A stretch of 64,000 nucleotides of DNA. Origin: Raillietiella orientalis. Its lineage: Eukaryota. Where the stretch lies: the NCBI GenBank assembly GCA_036172245.1, contig JAYWIR010000043.1, positions 496,001 to 560,000 on the forward strand. The letters run 5' to 3'. The notes under the pieces were generated by a model. It ran no database searches, was not told where the DNA came from, and was given only the letters and a program-made list of their open reading frames with translations. Within the stretch, counting starts at the first letter, position 1; every line of letters begins with the position of its first letter. This document shows positions 1-13,329 of the stretch, piece by piece. A program made the position numbers and the translations under genes.

Positions 1-3000
1 ATACTGGTCGTGAGAGTTTGAAGACTGGCTTCACTGCAGGAAAACAACTCATCTGGAAAAATATCAATCCATAAACCAGTATTTGAAAGTGTTGGGAATT
101 TCTAGATGGCTCTGTAAGTAAGGAAAGGAGAAAAAATAAATAGGGGTAAAACTTCAAGCATGCTGATGTTCTGAGTACGAAAACCCTATGACACTAGTCC
201 TTGCGGATACATGTGTCAATAACCAATCAGAAAATGTGAAAGCATAAAAAATTATGGCATTGAGTGTTATGGGTTAGGTCTCTTGAGAAATTCTAAACAA
301 TTTCGTCAACTTTCAAACAATAATTGGCATCAAAATTCAAAACGAATGAGTCTCCAAACAGGTGAAGAGGAATTAGAGGAATTATGACATCAGTATCCTA
401 GTAGCAGTTGCAGAGTTTTCTGCAAGAGTTATTTATGTATGATGATGCTTAAAAGCAGGAGATTCTCTGGAGGTCCCTCTGGTATAGTAACAATTTTCAT
501 TTGGATAGAAAACAGTACCAGCTTTTGAACATACTAGAGCTGCTACTGGTCAAAACTATTAAAGAGTCCATCTTAGAGAAATTGTTGAGGTACTTTCCTT
601 CAGTAAGCTTTGTGCCATTTATAGATTTTTTGCTGTTTTGATGTATTTGATTTTGATATTTGATGTAATGAAAATCAATGTGGCTGTGTTTGAGGTGAGG
701 TCTGTAACTGAATTAGGCAGCTGAAATCAGAGTATATCCTTTGGCATCTCTGTCACAAGGAAACTTCTTTCAGGATCTGGAATGAAGATTAGAAGTGATC
801 TGTAAATTAACCATACTTGGCATGCAAACTTTGCAGACCTCTGCTTTACTTCTAGAACCTACCATTTGCTTGCTCACAATCAACCATGTTCAGAAAGAGA
901 CAAGAAAAGGGCTTCACTTGGAAAGTGTTTTATTAATTCAGGTGACTTTTGATTAAAATTCCGGTCTTCTAACAAAGGAGAAGTTTCTCTAGCAAGATTG
1001 ATCTCACAACAGTTTAAATGAAGCATATTAAAATGGAAATCCTCTTCCATATAAGACAGTGTCAGCTTCTGCCCAAATCTGACTGACACTACAGTCTCAG
1101 CTAGTAAACTGAATACGAAATGTGCTTACCATAATGACACTGCCTGCGTGCTACAGGCAGAGCAAAACTTGAAAGCCAGAATTGGGTAGACACCATGCGA
1201 GTCTTCATCCCAGTCAGTAGCCAGTGTCTTGCAAAGAAATGCAAAAAGAGTGTTTGTGTCTTTTTTCAAGTTGTGGAGTTGAGAATAACTGAGTTGAAGA
1301 TCACAGTATTCTTGCTGAAATTCGGAACCTGCTTTCTAGTGAAGATTTCAGCGCTCTCACTGACCTTCAGTTGAAGAACCCAGCATCATGATTGGCATAA
1401 TCAGCTTATAAAATCTGTAAATGAAACACATATGGAAGCATGCTCACGCACCTCGGATGACTTTCTCCATCAGTTCAGAAGGAATGTGATCTCAGAGAAA
1501 GCCAGCGCAAGCGAAAGAACAGAACCTAGGTGGAAGAAGGATCCTTGACAGGAAATCCTCGGTGCAGAAGCCTATCTGAGCACCCTAAATTTGAAACACA
1601 CCGAAAATGGGTTCCTCCCTTGAGAATGGATCTTTTCAGCTGCGTACACTGACGTTCGCGTGCCTCAGCCGGAATCGTCGGTCAGAGTACTCGCTACAGC
1701 TTTCTGGTGTTATCTGGAGTTCATCAGGGCAAGCCTTTCTTCCGTCACACCTCAGAAGAAACCACGTTCGCTGGACTCGGCGACTCTTTTCGCTTTCCTC
1801 TTTCGCTCCAGGAACATCCCTATCGTGTGCCAGCAGATTTCGCAGCTGCGATGGTTTCACTTGAGAGGTTCAGACTGACCGAACGGTCACACTGACTTCG
1901 CTCGTCAGAGAGGGCGAATCTGATCAAGTTAGCCCGTGCTCGCGGTTGCTTTCCTCGAATTTTTTAGGCCAGTCTATGGGACTAAGAGGGAAGAGGCAGC
2001 AATCCAAAAGTGTCGCCAGGGGCCGCTCGGATCCCAAGAATTCCCTTGCAGGTTTCATCCTGGGGAAGGAGAGGGATGAGCTGAAGCCCGGGGATCGTGC
2101 CGTGAATCGTCGGCATGCTGTAAGTTGGAATTCGAGGACAGCTCCAAGGCGAAACAGTGCTTACACCAGTTTTGGCGTGTGTCAAGATGGGGGAAGAGAG
2201 AATACAAATGGAGAAGTGGGAATTCGTCGAAACCATTCTCTCTCCCCCGAACTGCCACGAATCGGAGGGCTAACAACATGCTCCCTTTCCTCGAAGACGC
2301 CTTACCGACCAGCGAACAGGCCTCCTCATCGTTGTGAGTTTCTCCAAACAGAGAGGGAGCGATGACGTTCATCCCCGATTTTTCTCCGTCCGGATGAAAG
2401 CGTACTTGCAGCTTCTGTCCTCAGGAGAGAAGGAGTTGGTCTCGGAGAATGCAGATGATTAAGGAGGCATGGGTTGGCTTCTGGTCATGGAATGCAGAGG
2501 ATGCTCAGGAAGAGTCTTGGAAAGAAATAGAGACATCGAAGGAGGAATAACAGGGGGAAAATGGATGAGAGGAGATGGGGGGGAAGGGAAGGATGAAGAG
2601 AACAATCGCGGAGTTTCACTTGAACGAGAATTTGGATCACGAGGATCGTAACAGAGTTCTCAAAAAGATCGCAGTCCACGGTGCATTCGAGTGTTTGCTT
2701 CTAAAAATTACCGAAGGGTCTCGTGCGCCGTTCATCGGGAAAGTGTTTGCAGCCGAGGCATGAGACTCGCTGCCCTGTTCTGCCGTCAAATGCTGTGACG
2801 TCAAATACTCTTGTTTTTCGTGGCTCGGAAGACGCAAGAAGTGTGCTCTGTGCTTCTCTTCAAAGTAGACAGAATGGATCGTCTTTGAAAGCTCTTAAGT
2901 CTCGCGAATGAGGGAAAAACTTCGATGCCACCAGCACAGTCGGAAACTGTCCTCCAGAGCGAGGATGAGCAGACGCGAAAATAGGGAGAAGTTTCATCGT

Positions 3001-5959
3001 TCTGGGATGCGGGGACCGAACCGTTACCACCACAGGAGGTTCTTCAGGAGGAGAACCAAGCGAACATCATCCAACTGCGCCCATTTTTCACACTACTTCC
3101 AAGAATCCTTTTTTTTTTTTTTTCTTATGCCAACCTTCTTCCTGCATACATACTGAAATGTTCTACCAAACCACTTTTGATCGGACGATTTTTTGCTTAA
3201 ACGTAATTCCCTTATTCATTATATACAAACCAGAAGCGGTTCTGGCTCTCGTCTTGATCCTTTACGATTGTATCATTAGTCAGGCAAACTGTTTTTTCAT
3301 TTTGTCAACACTACCCCCTCCCTGCAAAGATGGTTTCCTCTATCTTATCACTATTGTTCTTAATCCTTACTTCACCACCTTCAACTTAAGACCAGACATG
3401 CCCTTTATCTACTTTCTGTTTTCTCTTACAAACCCTCTTAGAATGAAATCTCGATTTTTAGGAAATCAAACACTTTTTGTAAAAGCACTGGCCTCTCTGC
3501 TTTATCTTCAGTTATCGAACAGTTTCTCCTAACTATGTCCTCATTAAAATAATTCTTCTCTCATCCTCTAGTTCAATATTTTTCTATTATAAAATGGTTC
3601 TTTCATTCTTCTTACTAATGTCCACTGCACGTACATCTTGATATGAACACAAATGAGGAACCAGTGATAACCCATTCAAGGATATTGAAACGATTTTAAA
3701 GACTCCTAAAGAAAATCAACACGGAACATATATCAGTGGTCACGATGAAATCGAGGATCGCCTATAAGGACGGTACAAACGAACCCCTTTCTAACCCAAA
3801 GTTACATACATCACAAGCAGACACTTCGAAACCCACTCCTATCCTCTTAAGCAGCTAACAGCGCTTCCTCAGGAAGGAAGGAATCCCTATTTGAATAGAA
3901 ACAGGAGCCCGAAAATGTTCGCTTACGTCATACTCTCTAACTCACCTTCAGAAAAGTCACAAGGAAAGCAACAACCCACCAGCAAAACATTTTGCAGCTC
4001 TTGTTCCCACTGTTCACAACGTATGAAGCCTTCCTCACAAGCGACTGTTCACCCCACACATAATCTCGATGCTTCGCACAAAGTGTGTTCTCTCTCGTAG
4101 AGGGCAAGAATCGTGCGTACTTCACAAGAAAGTGACTCGACGGGAGATCCCACTGAACGAGATGACCTCTGATGCCTGTTTCTCGATCGTTCCGTCGTCC
4201 CAACAGCGACACACATGACGAATCGGGAGCAGGATTGGCCTCATGGTCCTCTGAGCAAGACTCCATCCTTTGGATGGAGTCTTGCTCCAATGTCAACCTC
4301 AGCATAATAACAGGACCTATCCACTGTCCTGTCTTATTCCTCCTCGTCGCTGCACCGACACGAAAGCACGTGACACGTCTCCTCAGCGTCACTGACAGCA
4401 CGTCATCATCGAAAAGACGGTTTCCTGTGCTTTTCAAATTTCAGAACTTCCATTTCAGAAAGTTGCGTGATCCGTAGAGTGATAGACCAATCTGGCTTGT
4501 TCCAGTCGAAGTTCCGATGATGCAGGATCGCCCTGTTGTAAAAAAAGGCCTTCGCTGTGGATCCTCATCTCAAAGCTGCATCTTCCGTGTCGAGATGGGA
4601 AACTTAGAATCCCCGTGAACTCTTAGAGAGCGTTTCCAGATCTCATCGCCTCACAACTATCGCTTAAATAGGAGGGTTCCTTCTTCTTCGTACACCTGGG
4701 GGAAGATGCTGTACTTCATATACGTCCAATTACCAGCAAATGCAACGTAACATTATATTTTCTTTATACTCCTTTGAATATGCACCTTCACCTCAAAGTG
4801 CAGTCGCGCAGATGATAGTCTTCTCGATTGCAAACCTTTTATTCATCCTATCAATTAAATGGCTAATAATTATGCTACTCTAAGCATGGCGCACGCACCG
4901 TAGCAATTTGCTTGCCATTTCCACGTTGCTTTCTATCCTCCCCGTGATATCTAAACATTTTATGGAAATTTGCACCCTCATCTCCATAATGTGATTACAA
5001 AAACACTTTTTCCACTTCACCGTTCTTACTAATTGAAATGCACATTACTGAATCAACCTGTGATCAATTGGGTGATCTATTGCGTTTCATGCCCATAATT
5101 TTAAATACATATTACTGAATCAAAACCATGAAATTAGTAACTCCGGAAGTCCGCTTTCAATTGCTTTAATACAGTTGAACATAGAAAAAACAAACTTCAT
5201 GCTTATTTTTTCGGAATTCACGAATAACTAGAGACACTAATTTCAATGTACCTCCTGAAGAAAATTCAGTTACATTATGATACACGTAAACACGAATTTT
5301 ATTGTGTCCATTAATGCCTAAAACATAAAGCGAACCTTTGATCTCATCCTAGTCATGCAAGTACCCACGCTAAGCATTCCCGACCTACTCATCGTCTCTT
5401 TTTCGGTACTTTCTAGCCCATCAAGCTAAGGTATGCACTGTCCGACACAAAATACACAGTCAGGCGCGATTGTGATGACCAAACCACAATGCCTCACATG
5501 TCACCTCACATGGTACAGCTCATACATCCACTCCGCTGGAACTCACTCAACCTCCCACTGGAGTCTTACAGGATTTGTACCGACCGATTCCAGTTTTCAA
5601 CTTTTTTTTTTCCAGTCCGTTTGCTTTCGTCAGGAGAGGAGTCACCAGGGGTCACTATATATACTGAAAAAATGCAAGTTCTTCCATTTATTTTAACCGT
5701 TCTGAGATCTTATTTTCTTTGAAGCTTCTGGAGGGTTTGGCAAGACTCGGATAGCTAATAGTTGCTCCCTTCTATCATTTCCTTTCTTTGTCCTTTGAAC
5801 TTGGGGGGTGCTGCGACACATTGCATTGGTATTCTTTGAAGTGTGGAACCGCCTTTCGATCCGTCCTTCACTGATTCACAGCACTTTCGTTGTCCGACAA
5901 GAAGGCCTTTGGCAAGTCCACATCACTGGGTCGCAGGAATACCCTTTTCCTCAAAGCTC

Positions 5960-6310
5960 GTCTTTCAATGATTCATTGATGCGGCCACGCTGCTGCGGGG
6001 CAATTCTCGTAGCCCGCACGATCGGCTTCGAGGCTCACTATGTCTCTTCCTCTTCAGCAGATAGCTCCTATCGAGTAACGAAGAAGTCTCGAACTGAAGA
6101 AGTGCTTCCGTGCTCTGCTTACTCACCAGACTTCGTACCAGCCCATTTTTTCGATCCTTAAAAGCTGGTTCTAGGTGAAGGATGCTTTCTCAGTGAAGGA
6201 GAGATGCAGAGTGTTCAAAAACTAGCCGATCACCGACCACGGATGCCATAAATACTAATACAGCATTTCTTCCACCATGACATTGCCGAATGGTGAACTT
6301 TCGGAGGGAG
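5960..6310 (+). mobile_element. Degenerate mariner/Tc1-type transposase C-terminal relic
   Basis: Translation EVLPCSAYSPDFVPAHFFDP*KLVLGEGCFLSEGEMQSV resembles the mariner WEVLPHPPYSPDLAPSDFHLF..LK..L.G..F....EV motif. In-frame stop present; no TIRs found. Confidence 0.6.
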
Positions 6311-9052
6311 TTGGCGGTGCCAAAACAATTGCGTCTCTTGCAGCACAGACGTTTGATAGAAACGCAAGTGGTTTGTATGTGTGCTGTACGATAAACGAAG
6401 CAAGGGTCCGGAATTCTGTCACGACTGTCGTACGATACGATTCATCAACCTCTCTCAGAGTACTCACATTGGTATCACGTAGTGGAATGCCTTCCATTCG
6501 TGGGTGCTCAAAGCCAGAAGTGCGTGAGTTTCTCGAGTTGCCTACTCTTCTCACTCTTCAAAAAGCATAGGGAAAATAAGAGTAAAGCAATGGCAGTAGG
6601 GATCGTACAGCAGGAGCATTCATATGATTGCAAGTACACAGGTTTCTTCTTGGAGAAATTCAGAAAAGAAATGTGCATTTCATGATCCTCTACTTCAATT
6701 TTTAATGAGAAGGATGAGTCCGTTTCCAAGCCATCTATTCTGGGTCTTCACCTCAGAGAAGATGTTCTGGAGAGCGGACTGTGATCAGCTAACAGCTCAT
6801 TTGGAACCGCGACATGAGATTGCTTTGCCCTCCGTAGTTATCCTGCGGAAGATGATTCAACAGGAACATTAAAACAGAAGGCGCAATTAGCTCCTAGACA
6901 TAAATAAGCGGTGATTTTCAAAATATTTCCGATCTCTGGATCCTGTTCTCCAAGTTTAGACGTCGGTAACAAGTACTGTGGCTATTTATCCGTCTACTTG
7001 TCAGTTCCCCACCATTGCAGCATCGAGGAGGTTTGTTTGCAAAGGCACAGACAAATGGGATCCGCGAGATTCATCGTTCATTTTCCACCGAAAGAGATAA
7101 AGAGATGCGTACATCTTTGGAATGGGAAACACACGTACATAGGCGTCATGTGGGTGCCTAAGGATCTATTATGAGCAAACAGTTATTGATCCCATATATT
7201 TGTGATTCTAAGAAAAGAAGCAAATATGGTTTCTCATAATTCGTCATTGGTAAAAGGATTTTTATTTTTTCTTTTCCTATGGTCCATATCTCGTAGGAAC
7301 GAATTTTAGAGTTCCTCCGGTATATGGATACATTCATATTCATAAAATGAGAACAGAGTTTGAAGGGAGTATGCAGCCACCGCACAGAGCAGAATGCGTG
7401 CTTCTCGGTGATTTCTCAGAGTCGTAAGAAAATACAGTTGGCAAATCCTTTCGCGGTGCAGCGGACCATAAATACGAATGCGGCGAGGGAGAAGAATGCG
7501 CACGAAACTCTCTTTCCTCAGTGCACCGAGGCTGTACTTTCTAGAAATATGCAAAAATACATCTCCAGGCGGTTCCTTCCTACGTTTTGTGCGCCAACAA
7601 CACATGCAATAGGAAACTGCAAGTGGAAACTGTGAGGCCGCAGTGGGGGTCGCAAGGGTGCTTTCCGTTTGGAGTTGAGGGTTTTCCGTAGAGTAGAAGG
7701 GAATGCCACTTGGAGATTCTCTTCAACTGCCTTTCTCACGACTGCTTGTGGCGGCATGGCTACGAAGAAAATTTAGACATCGTTTCGTTGTCTCCATTTG
7801 TCCCCTGCGATTCCCAAGGGCCACTATCGATAACCGTAAAGGCGGTGATCTGTCCTCTGCAGCCTCACTGTAGGGATGGAAGAGATGAATGGAACATCCA
7901 CGCGGAATGGCGATTCCTTGGCGACGATCTCATTTCAATAGTTGCTTTTACCTAAGCCGACAACTCGGAAGGAAAGAGAACTTTCCAACTCGCCACTGCT
8001 TCAAATTCGATAATCACAAACATCCACACGAATTCAGTTATTTGCAAGCAGTTCAAAAAAATAAAGAAAAATCCCAGAGCGCTATTATGAAGTTCCTTCT
8101 TATGCCACCCGATGATTCGAGCAGAAATGTCAAGCTTGAATATTTTCCTTTTTTGGAGGTGGCGAAATCTGGTCAATGGTCGTTTGCATAGCAAAGCGTC
8201 GAAGCTGCGGACTATGTTGAGATTTCAGAGTATCCTCCATCGATTCGAATGGTTACGTCTTCTGTCAGGGCATGGAGTGGCGAAAGAATATTCTGGATTT
8301 CAATTTGCTAAGTCTATGGAGAACGAAACCGCCTGATACCCTCGGAACTGGGGGCTGGTCCATCCTGTTGCCACGGCAGCAGACACGAAAGCTATCGATC
8401 AACCACTTAATGCATTGCAGCCTCCACCTGCCGCAGCACCACAGTAGCTCCAATGTGGCACTTGTCACATACACTTTTGCTTGATCGCATTCATGCTAAG
8501 AAAGGAGGGGCAAACCAACGGAAGAGGAAATCTGTACCCTTTTTTTTCGAGGGGGGGGGGCTTTTTCTCTCGTCATAAAGTGCCCGTTTATGGAATGCCC
8601 AGCTTGAACTCAGGAACAGCATCCTCAAGTAGAGGGTACCATGCACAGCAATCCTGATAGCGTTAGCGTTTTCCTATCTCAAAATCCACTTTGGAAAGTT
8701 TTTCGATCAACGTTGGTGCCCTTTCTTCAGCGAAGAATGATCATCCCACCGTTCCGCGATTTCGGGCAAACGGGGGGAAAACTCAGACCGCCGCAGGCTG
8801 AACTTTCCTCTCCGGAGATGGATCGTTCCCTCTGGATCTGCGGCTTCCGTTCCCAGAGGAAGCGGAAGAGCTTTTTCAGTTTCCTGGCTCGCTCAAGAGC
8901 ACGCCGGCGATCAAGAAGATAGAGGGATCAAGGGGAAAAAAGGGTGGAACAGAAAGAAAAGTAGAAAAGAGGAGATACTCCCAGTGCACTTCCTTCTAGA
9001 ACAGACAGGTGAGGCTGCATACTCGTGACCAGGCTGGGTCCAGGATCCCCGA

Positions 9053-9864
9053 CGCCGAAATCCCGAAAGATCATGAAAAATAAACACATGTGCTTATTCT
9101 ACATTGAATGATATGCGATTTTTTGTAATAAATATGGTTATCCATGTTTATTAACACATTTTTTCATGTCTCTTACCGTGACACATATTGTTAGCAGCAA
9201 TATTACTTGAACAAATATGTTTATTCAGATTTATTGACATATATTTAATTAATATAATTAATAAATGGTCGATATATATATTAAGCATTCTAAAAACATA
9301 CATATGTGCATATGAATATACATCAGTATTTACAGATAGTATAAGTACATGAATATAAATATGTACATGAATGAATATATGTATGAGTATGTGTTGTTGT
9401 TGTAGCTGCTAATAAGCGAGATGTGGATTACGGAGTGGTGGTCCATAAGAGCTGACCGACTTTCATGCCATTAGGTCAAGTTTGGAGTCTGGCCTGGGGA
9501 CCAAGACCGAATGCCACGACCCCGGAAACCGCTTCCCCCAACCAAAAAGGAGGGCCATGAAAATGCGACAGAAAGTCCGATTGACAATTGGTAGATGCTC
9601 TGGTTGTTTATGAAAATCGTCCCTTGTTTTCTATTGCATTGAGGGTTTTTCTATTTTTCGAATACATGTATCCACAATATAATCAACAACTTATTCATTT
9701 TATTAATAAAATGAATGTCTATAAATCTTGACAAATATATTTGCTCAAGTAATCACTGTTAGTAATACGTATGTTGATAAATATGGATAACTGTGTATAT
9801 TGGAGAAGTGTATATCAATCTATGTAGAGTACGTTTATTTTTTATGATGCTCGGGATTTTGGCG
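9053..9864. mobile_element. AT-rich foldback/MITE-like element with long imperfect inverted arms
   Basis: 9053-9255 is an imperfect reverse complement of 9700-9864. Examples: cgccgaaatcccgaaagatcatgaaaaataaa vs tttattttttatgatgctcgggattttggcg; attacttgaacaaatatgtttattcagatttattgacat vs atgtctataaatcttgacaaatatatttgctcaagtaat. Confidence 0.6.
9432..9560 (+). mobile_element. Possible decayed tRNA-derived SINE head
   Basis: GC-richer island inside the AT-rich foldback, with A-box-like gtggtccataag and B-box-like gtttggagtct at tRNA-like spacing. No intact cloverleaf recognised. Confidence 0.3.
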
Positions 9865-11312
9865 GGCAGCGAAGCAGAGGTTTACTCAGAAGCAGAGGTT
9901 TGGCTCTCTTCTCTAATCCCGACCGTAACCGGTTCGCTGGCACGAAATGGCACCTCGAAATCTAACCAGGAACGTCACGTCTTCTGCCGGATTCCCTTTG
10001 CATCCAAGATCTCTCATCTGGCAGTCTTGGGAAGCTGCGTCCTTGGTTTCCGAGGAAGGAAAGGAGAAAGTGGAGCATCCAAGATGAGAATGGCGTCTTC
10101 GGCCTCCTTGGGCAAAGCGGCGTTGTCAGAAAGGCGACAACGACGACACTCTCACGCAAGCACGCCTTAAAGGAGACCGTCTGTGTCACGGGGGCTCTGG
10201 GGATTGCAGGGTGGGAGAGTGGGATGAACGAGCCTTTTCGTCAGAGCTTCAGTAGCCGTTCGCAAGGGGAGGTGTGAGCGTATGGGAACATGTGGGCGTG
10301 GGAGGGCGGGAGCTGGTGGCAGCTTTGTCAAACCGTCTGAGCGCATGCGGGCGGACTCGTGCGCTCTCGGCAGCGTGCTGCTGCAATTCGTTCCTGGGGG
10401 GCCGAAGGTGGGAGAGAACAGGATGTATGGGACTTGGGGACTACTACTAACGGGGTGCTGTGTGCATCAGGCATCGGTCTTCCTCGAAGACCGGTCTCAG
10501 GAGAAGTGGCGGCCTGCAGCTTGGGGAAGAGCGCTTTCCTAAGGGAAGCCAAGGTTCCAGGCGTCTCCTCCGAGTTCGAAGTTCCGAGCTGCCAGGATGG
10601 GAATCTCGGAAAGGAAATCCTCGGGTTTCTTTCTGTACCGTCCCTTGCTCACTCCCGCGCCGAATGAAAGAAAAAGAAACAAGGGATGTCGACGTTCGTT
10701 CTTGTTCTTGGACGAGACTTCCCACCGAGACTTCCCACACTCGCGAAGAGTCAGATGGGAATCATCTTAGTGCTGAGAACCATGTTCTCCGAAGAGGTTC
10801 TTGATCCTTTGGGTACCTGGAAACTATCCGAAGACGAAGGTGAGGCCTAGAGGGCTGTATCAAAGACGATGCCGACGATGGCAATAAGGAAGTCAGTAAG
10901 GCATGGTGTCGCGAACAGTGGCGATAACAAGCGACGATGGCGACCTCAGAAAAGGCAGGTAGAAGATTATCTTTCTCATAGGTACAAGGGCGCAAGTGCC
11001 TTGGTCTTCCTGCGTAGGGAAGGACCTGGTGTGTCTAGCGCCAACCGCACGAAATGTGTTCGCTTCCCTCAGAGGGAAGGTGGGGCAGTGGGATGGAAAG
11101 GCGAGTCCTGCTTGCCTCCGAAGATTGTCCTTGCGGACGCCGCCTGCTACGCTTCAGAAGAGCGCGCGGAGCACACGGACTCCTGCTCTCCAGAAAATCC
11201 GGGAGGAAGACACACAGGAACTCTTGCGTTCCCTTGGCTCGGGCCTCGCTGGGTGTCGGGAGCCTTTCCGCTTTCGCTCTGCGCAGCAAAGGGCCCGCTA
11301 CTGACATGACGA

Positions 11313-11728
11313 CCGCATCCCTAGCAGCTCTTTGCTGCCTACGCGGGACCGTGGCGGCCTGGAACTTCGCAAAAGAACGACGGCACGAGAGAGACGCCAT
11401 CTGTTTCTCCCTGCGCTTCCTGAGGACTGCAGCACGATGGCCCCACCTGGAACATATACGGATGGAACTTGCCGGCATCCTGGAAAGGATGCGGAGGATG
11501 ACCTCCAGCGCAATGTGATCCCTTCCCCAACCCTCCCATTTTTTTGTATATGGTGTCTTTCTGTTTTTATTTTTCTTTTCGTTTGCCCCCTCCGTTGTCG
11601 AGTCGAACCCCGCTGGGCTGCGTGCCGGTTGGTCGGCAAGTTCCGAAAATTTTCTGACGCTGTAGGGCCGACAGCCCTACACATGTATGTTTATTTTTCA
11701 TAATAAACGCCCTGGTGCACCCGGGTGT
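11313..11728 (+). mobile_element. 5'-truncated copy of L1/Tx1-type LINE 3' end
   Basis: Reverse complement of about 20996-21410, near identical over the last 325 bp or so. Contains the ORF2 end (...ILERMRRMTSSAM*), a T-rich 3' UTR and AATAAA at 11702. Confidence 0.8.
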
Positions 11729-12959
11729 TAAGCTACTGACATCACGCGTGGGGGAGGAGCGTTGAAAGATGGTCCACTGCACTGTGATCTGCTTCTCCAC
11801 AGCAAGAGCACGTATACGGGTCGGGTGGGCAAGGGCAACAAGGAAGGTTAACGGGTCGGAAGTAGGACCGAGGAAGGCTGATGACCGGCTGTGTGCAGTG
11901 GCTCTCCGTCCATCACTGGAGATGCAAAGCGTGAATCTAAGGCGGGGTCATTCCTCACGGGAGAATGCGAAGACAAAAGGGCAAGTGGAGAAGAACAACG
12001 ACCGACACGGAAAAGCGGAAGTGGAGAACCAGGAATAGGGGTTAGGAGAAGCAGTAAATCAGTAAGAAGGGTGCGCGAGGGATGGAAGACGGGGAGATCA
12101 CTCGCTTACCGCTCGCTATCCCGACGGTAAGTGAAGTCCATCTAAACGGGCTGTTTTTTTTTTCCTTCTCCTTTTCCCCTTTGCTTCCATTTCCTCCCTC
12201 CCCCTCTCCCATAGTTTGTTTTCCCCACGGCGATCATCTCCTACGGAGCGAGCCCTCCTCCCGACGATCTCCGAGGAGGGGAACCTGATCGATCACCGGG
12301 AGACGCGGACGCGTGCACGGGAGCAAGAAGCGCGCTGTTGTGTTGCCACGAGCGAGCGCCCGCGCGCGGGGAAACGACTCGGTGAACCTTATCACTGAGA
12401 CCTCTGCCCTTGGCCGGCCCGCGCAGCGCTCACGAGATATCATGTCGCCTGGTACGTCCCTCCTCCTCCTCTGTTTGCCCTTCCCGTCCCCTTTCCCATC
12501 TCTCTTGCGGGAGAGACCGCGCGTGGCAGGCTGCGAAGACGATCCGCCTTGCCCTCGGCACGAGTTCGCTGTCTACGCCGCCGCCGCCGCCGTTCCCTCC
12601 TTGCCTCAGGCGTCGGCGGCGTCGGCAACGCGTGGAGTTGGCAGAGCCGCGTGCGCGCCTGAGCTTTCCTGTTTCTGCGTGTCGGAAACTCCTTGCGAGT
12701 CTCTCTTTCTTTTTTTTTTTTGCCCTCTTGCGTTTCCTTTCTTCACGTTTCTTTTGTTTGTGAGAGAGTGCGGGTGTCGTTCCGCGCACTCGAGCAGAGT
12801 GGCACAGCAGCAGCACACGCGGCTGCTGGGGAGAGGGAAAAACTGCTGCCGCCTCTCGTCCTCGTCTCCTCTTCCGGCAGAGTACCCTCCGCCCTTCGAA
12901 AGTGCAAAAGTCTCCCTCTCGGTGCATCTGACGGCTACGGGGGGTGAACAAGCAACAGC

Positions 12960-13250
12960 AAAGCCGGAGGCGTAGTCCACCTGCAGCCCGACACGAAGAG
13001 TGCCCCGGAAGGGAAAAGGGCCCGCTGCACATGACGCCATCGTCGCCAGAGTGGTACGTGCTCCGCTCCCTTTTCCTCCTCTCTACCCGCCCTTCCTTGT
13101 GGACGCGAGGGGGAAATCACGTGCAGGTCGCGCCATCGCTGGTGGTTGGCTGGCTGCCCTTCGAGTTGCTCACCCACTTGGGCGGAAAAGCGTGTCTTGG
13201 CGCGTACGCAGCGTGACGGTTTGCGGGGGCTCTGGAGCTCACAAGCGCCC
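12960..13250 (+). mobile_element. Possible R2-type non-LTR retrotransposon restriction-like endonuclease (RLE) relic
   Basis: ECP...AHDAIVARVVRA (frameshifted), then GNHVQVAPSL and VTVCG, resembling R2 CP..RHDAIV / G..V..EP / VDVTV motifs. Confidence 0.35.
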
Positions 13251-13329
13251 CGGAGTTGGGCGCGCCAATCTGGTCTGCGCCTGCCGTGTTTGACGGTGAC
13301 GGGAGAGCGGTAGGCGGTGCCCTAGCACG

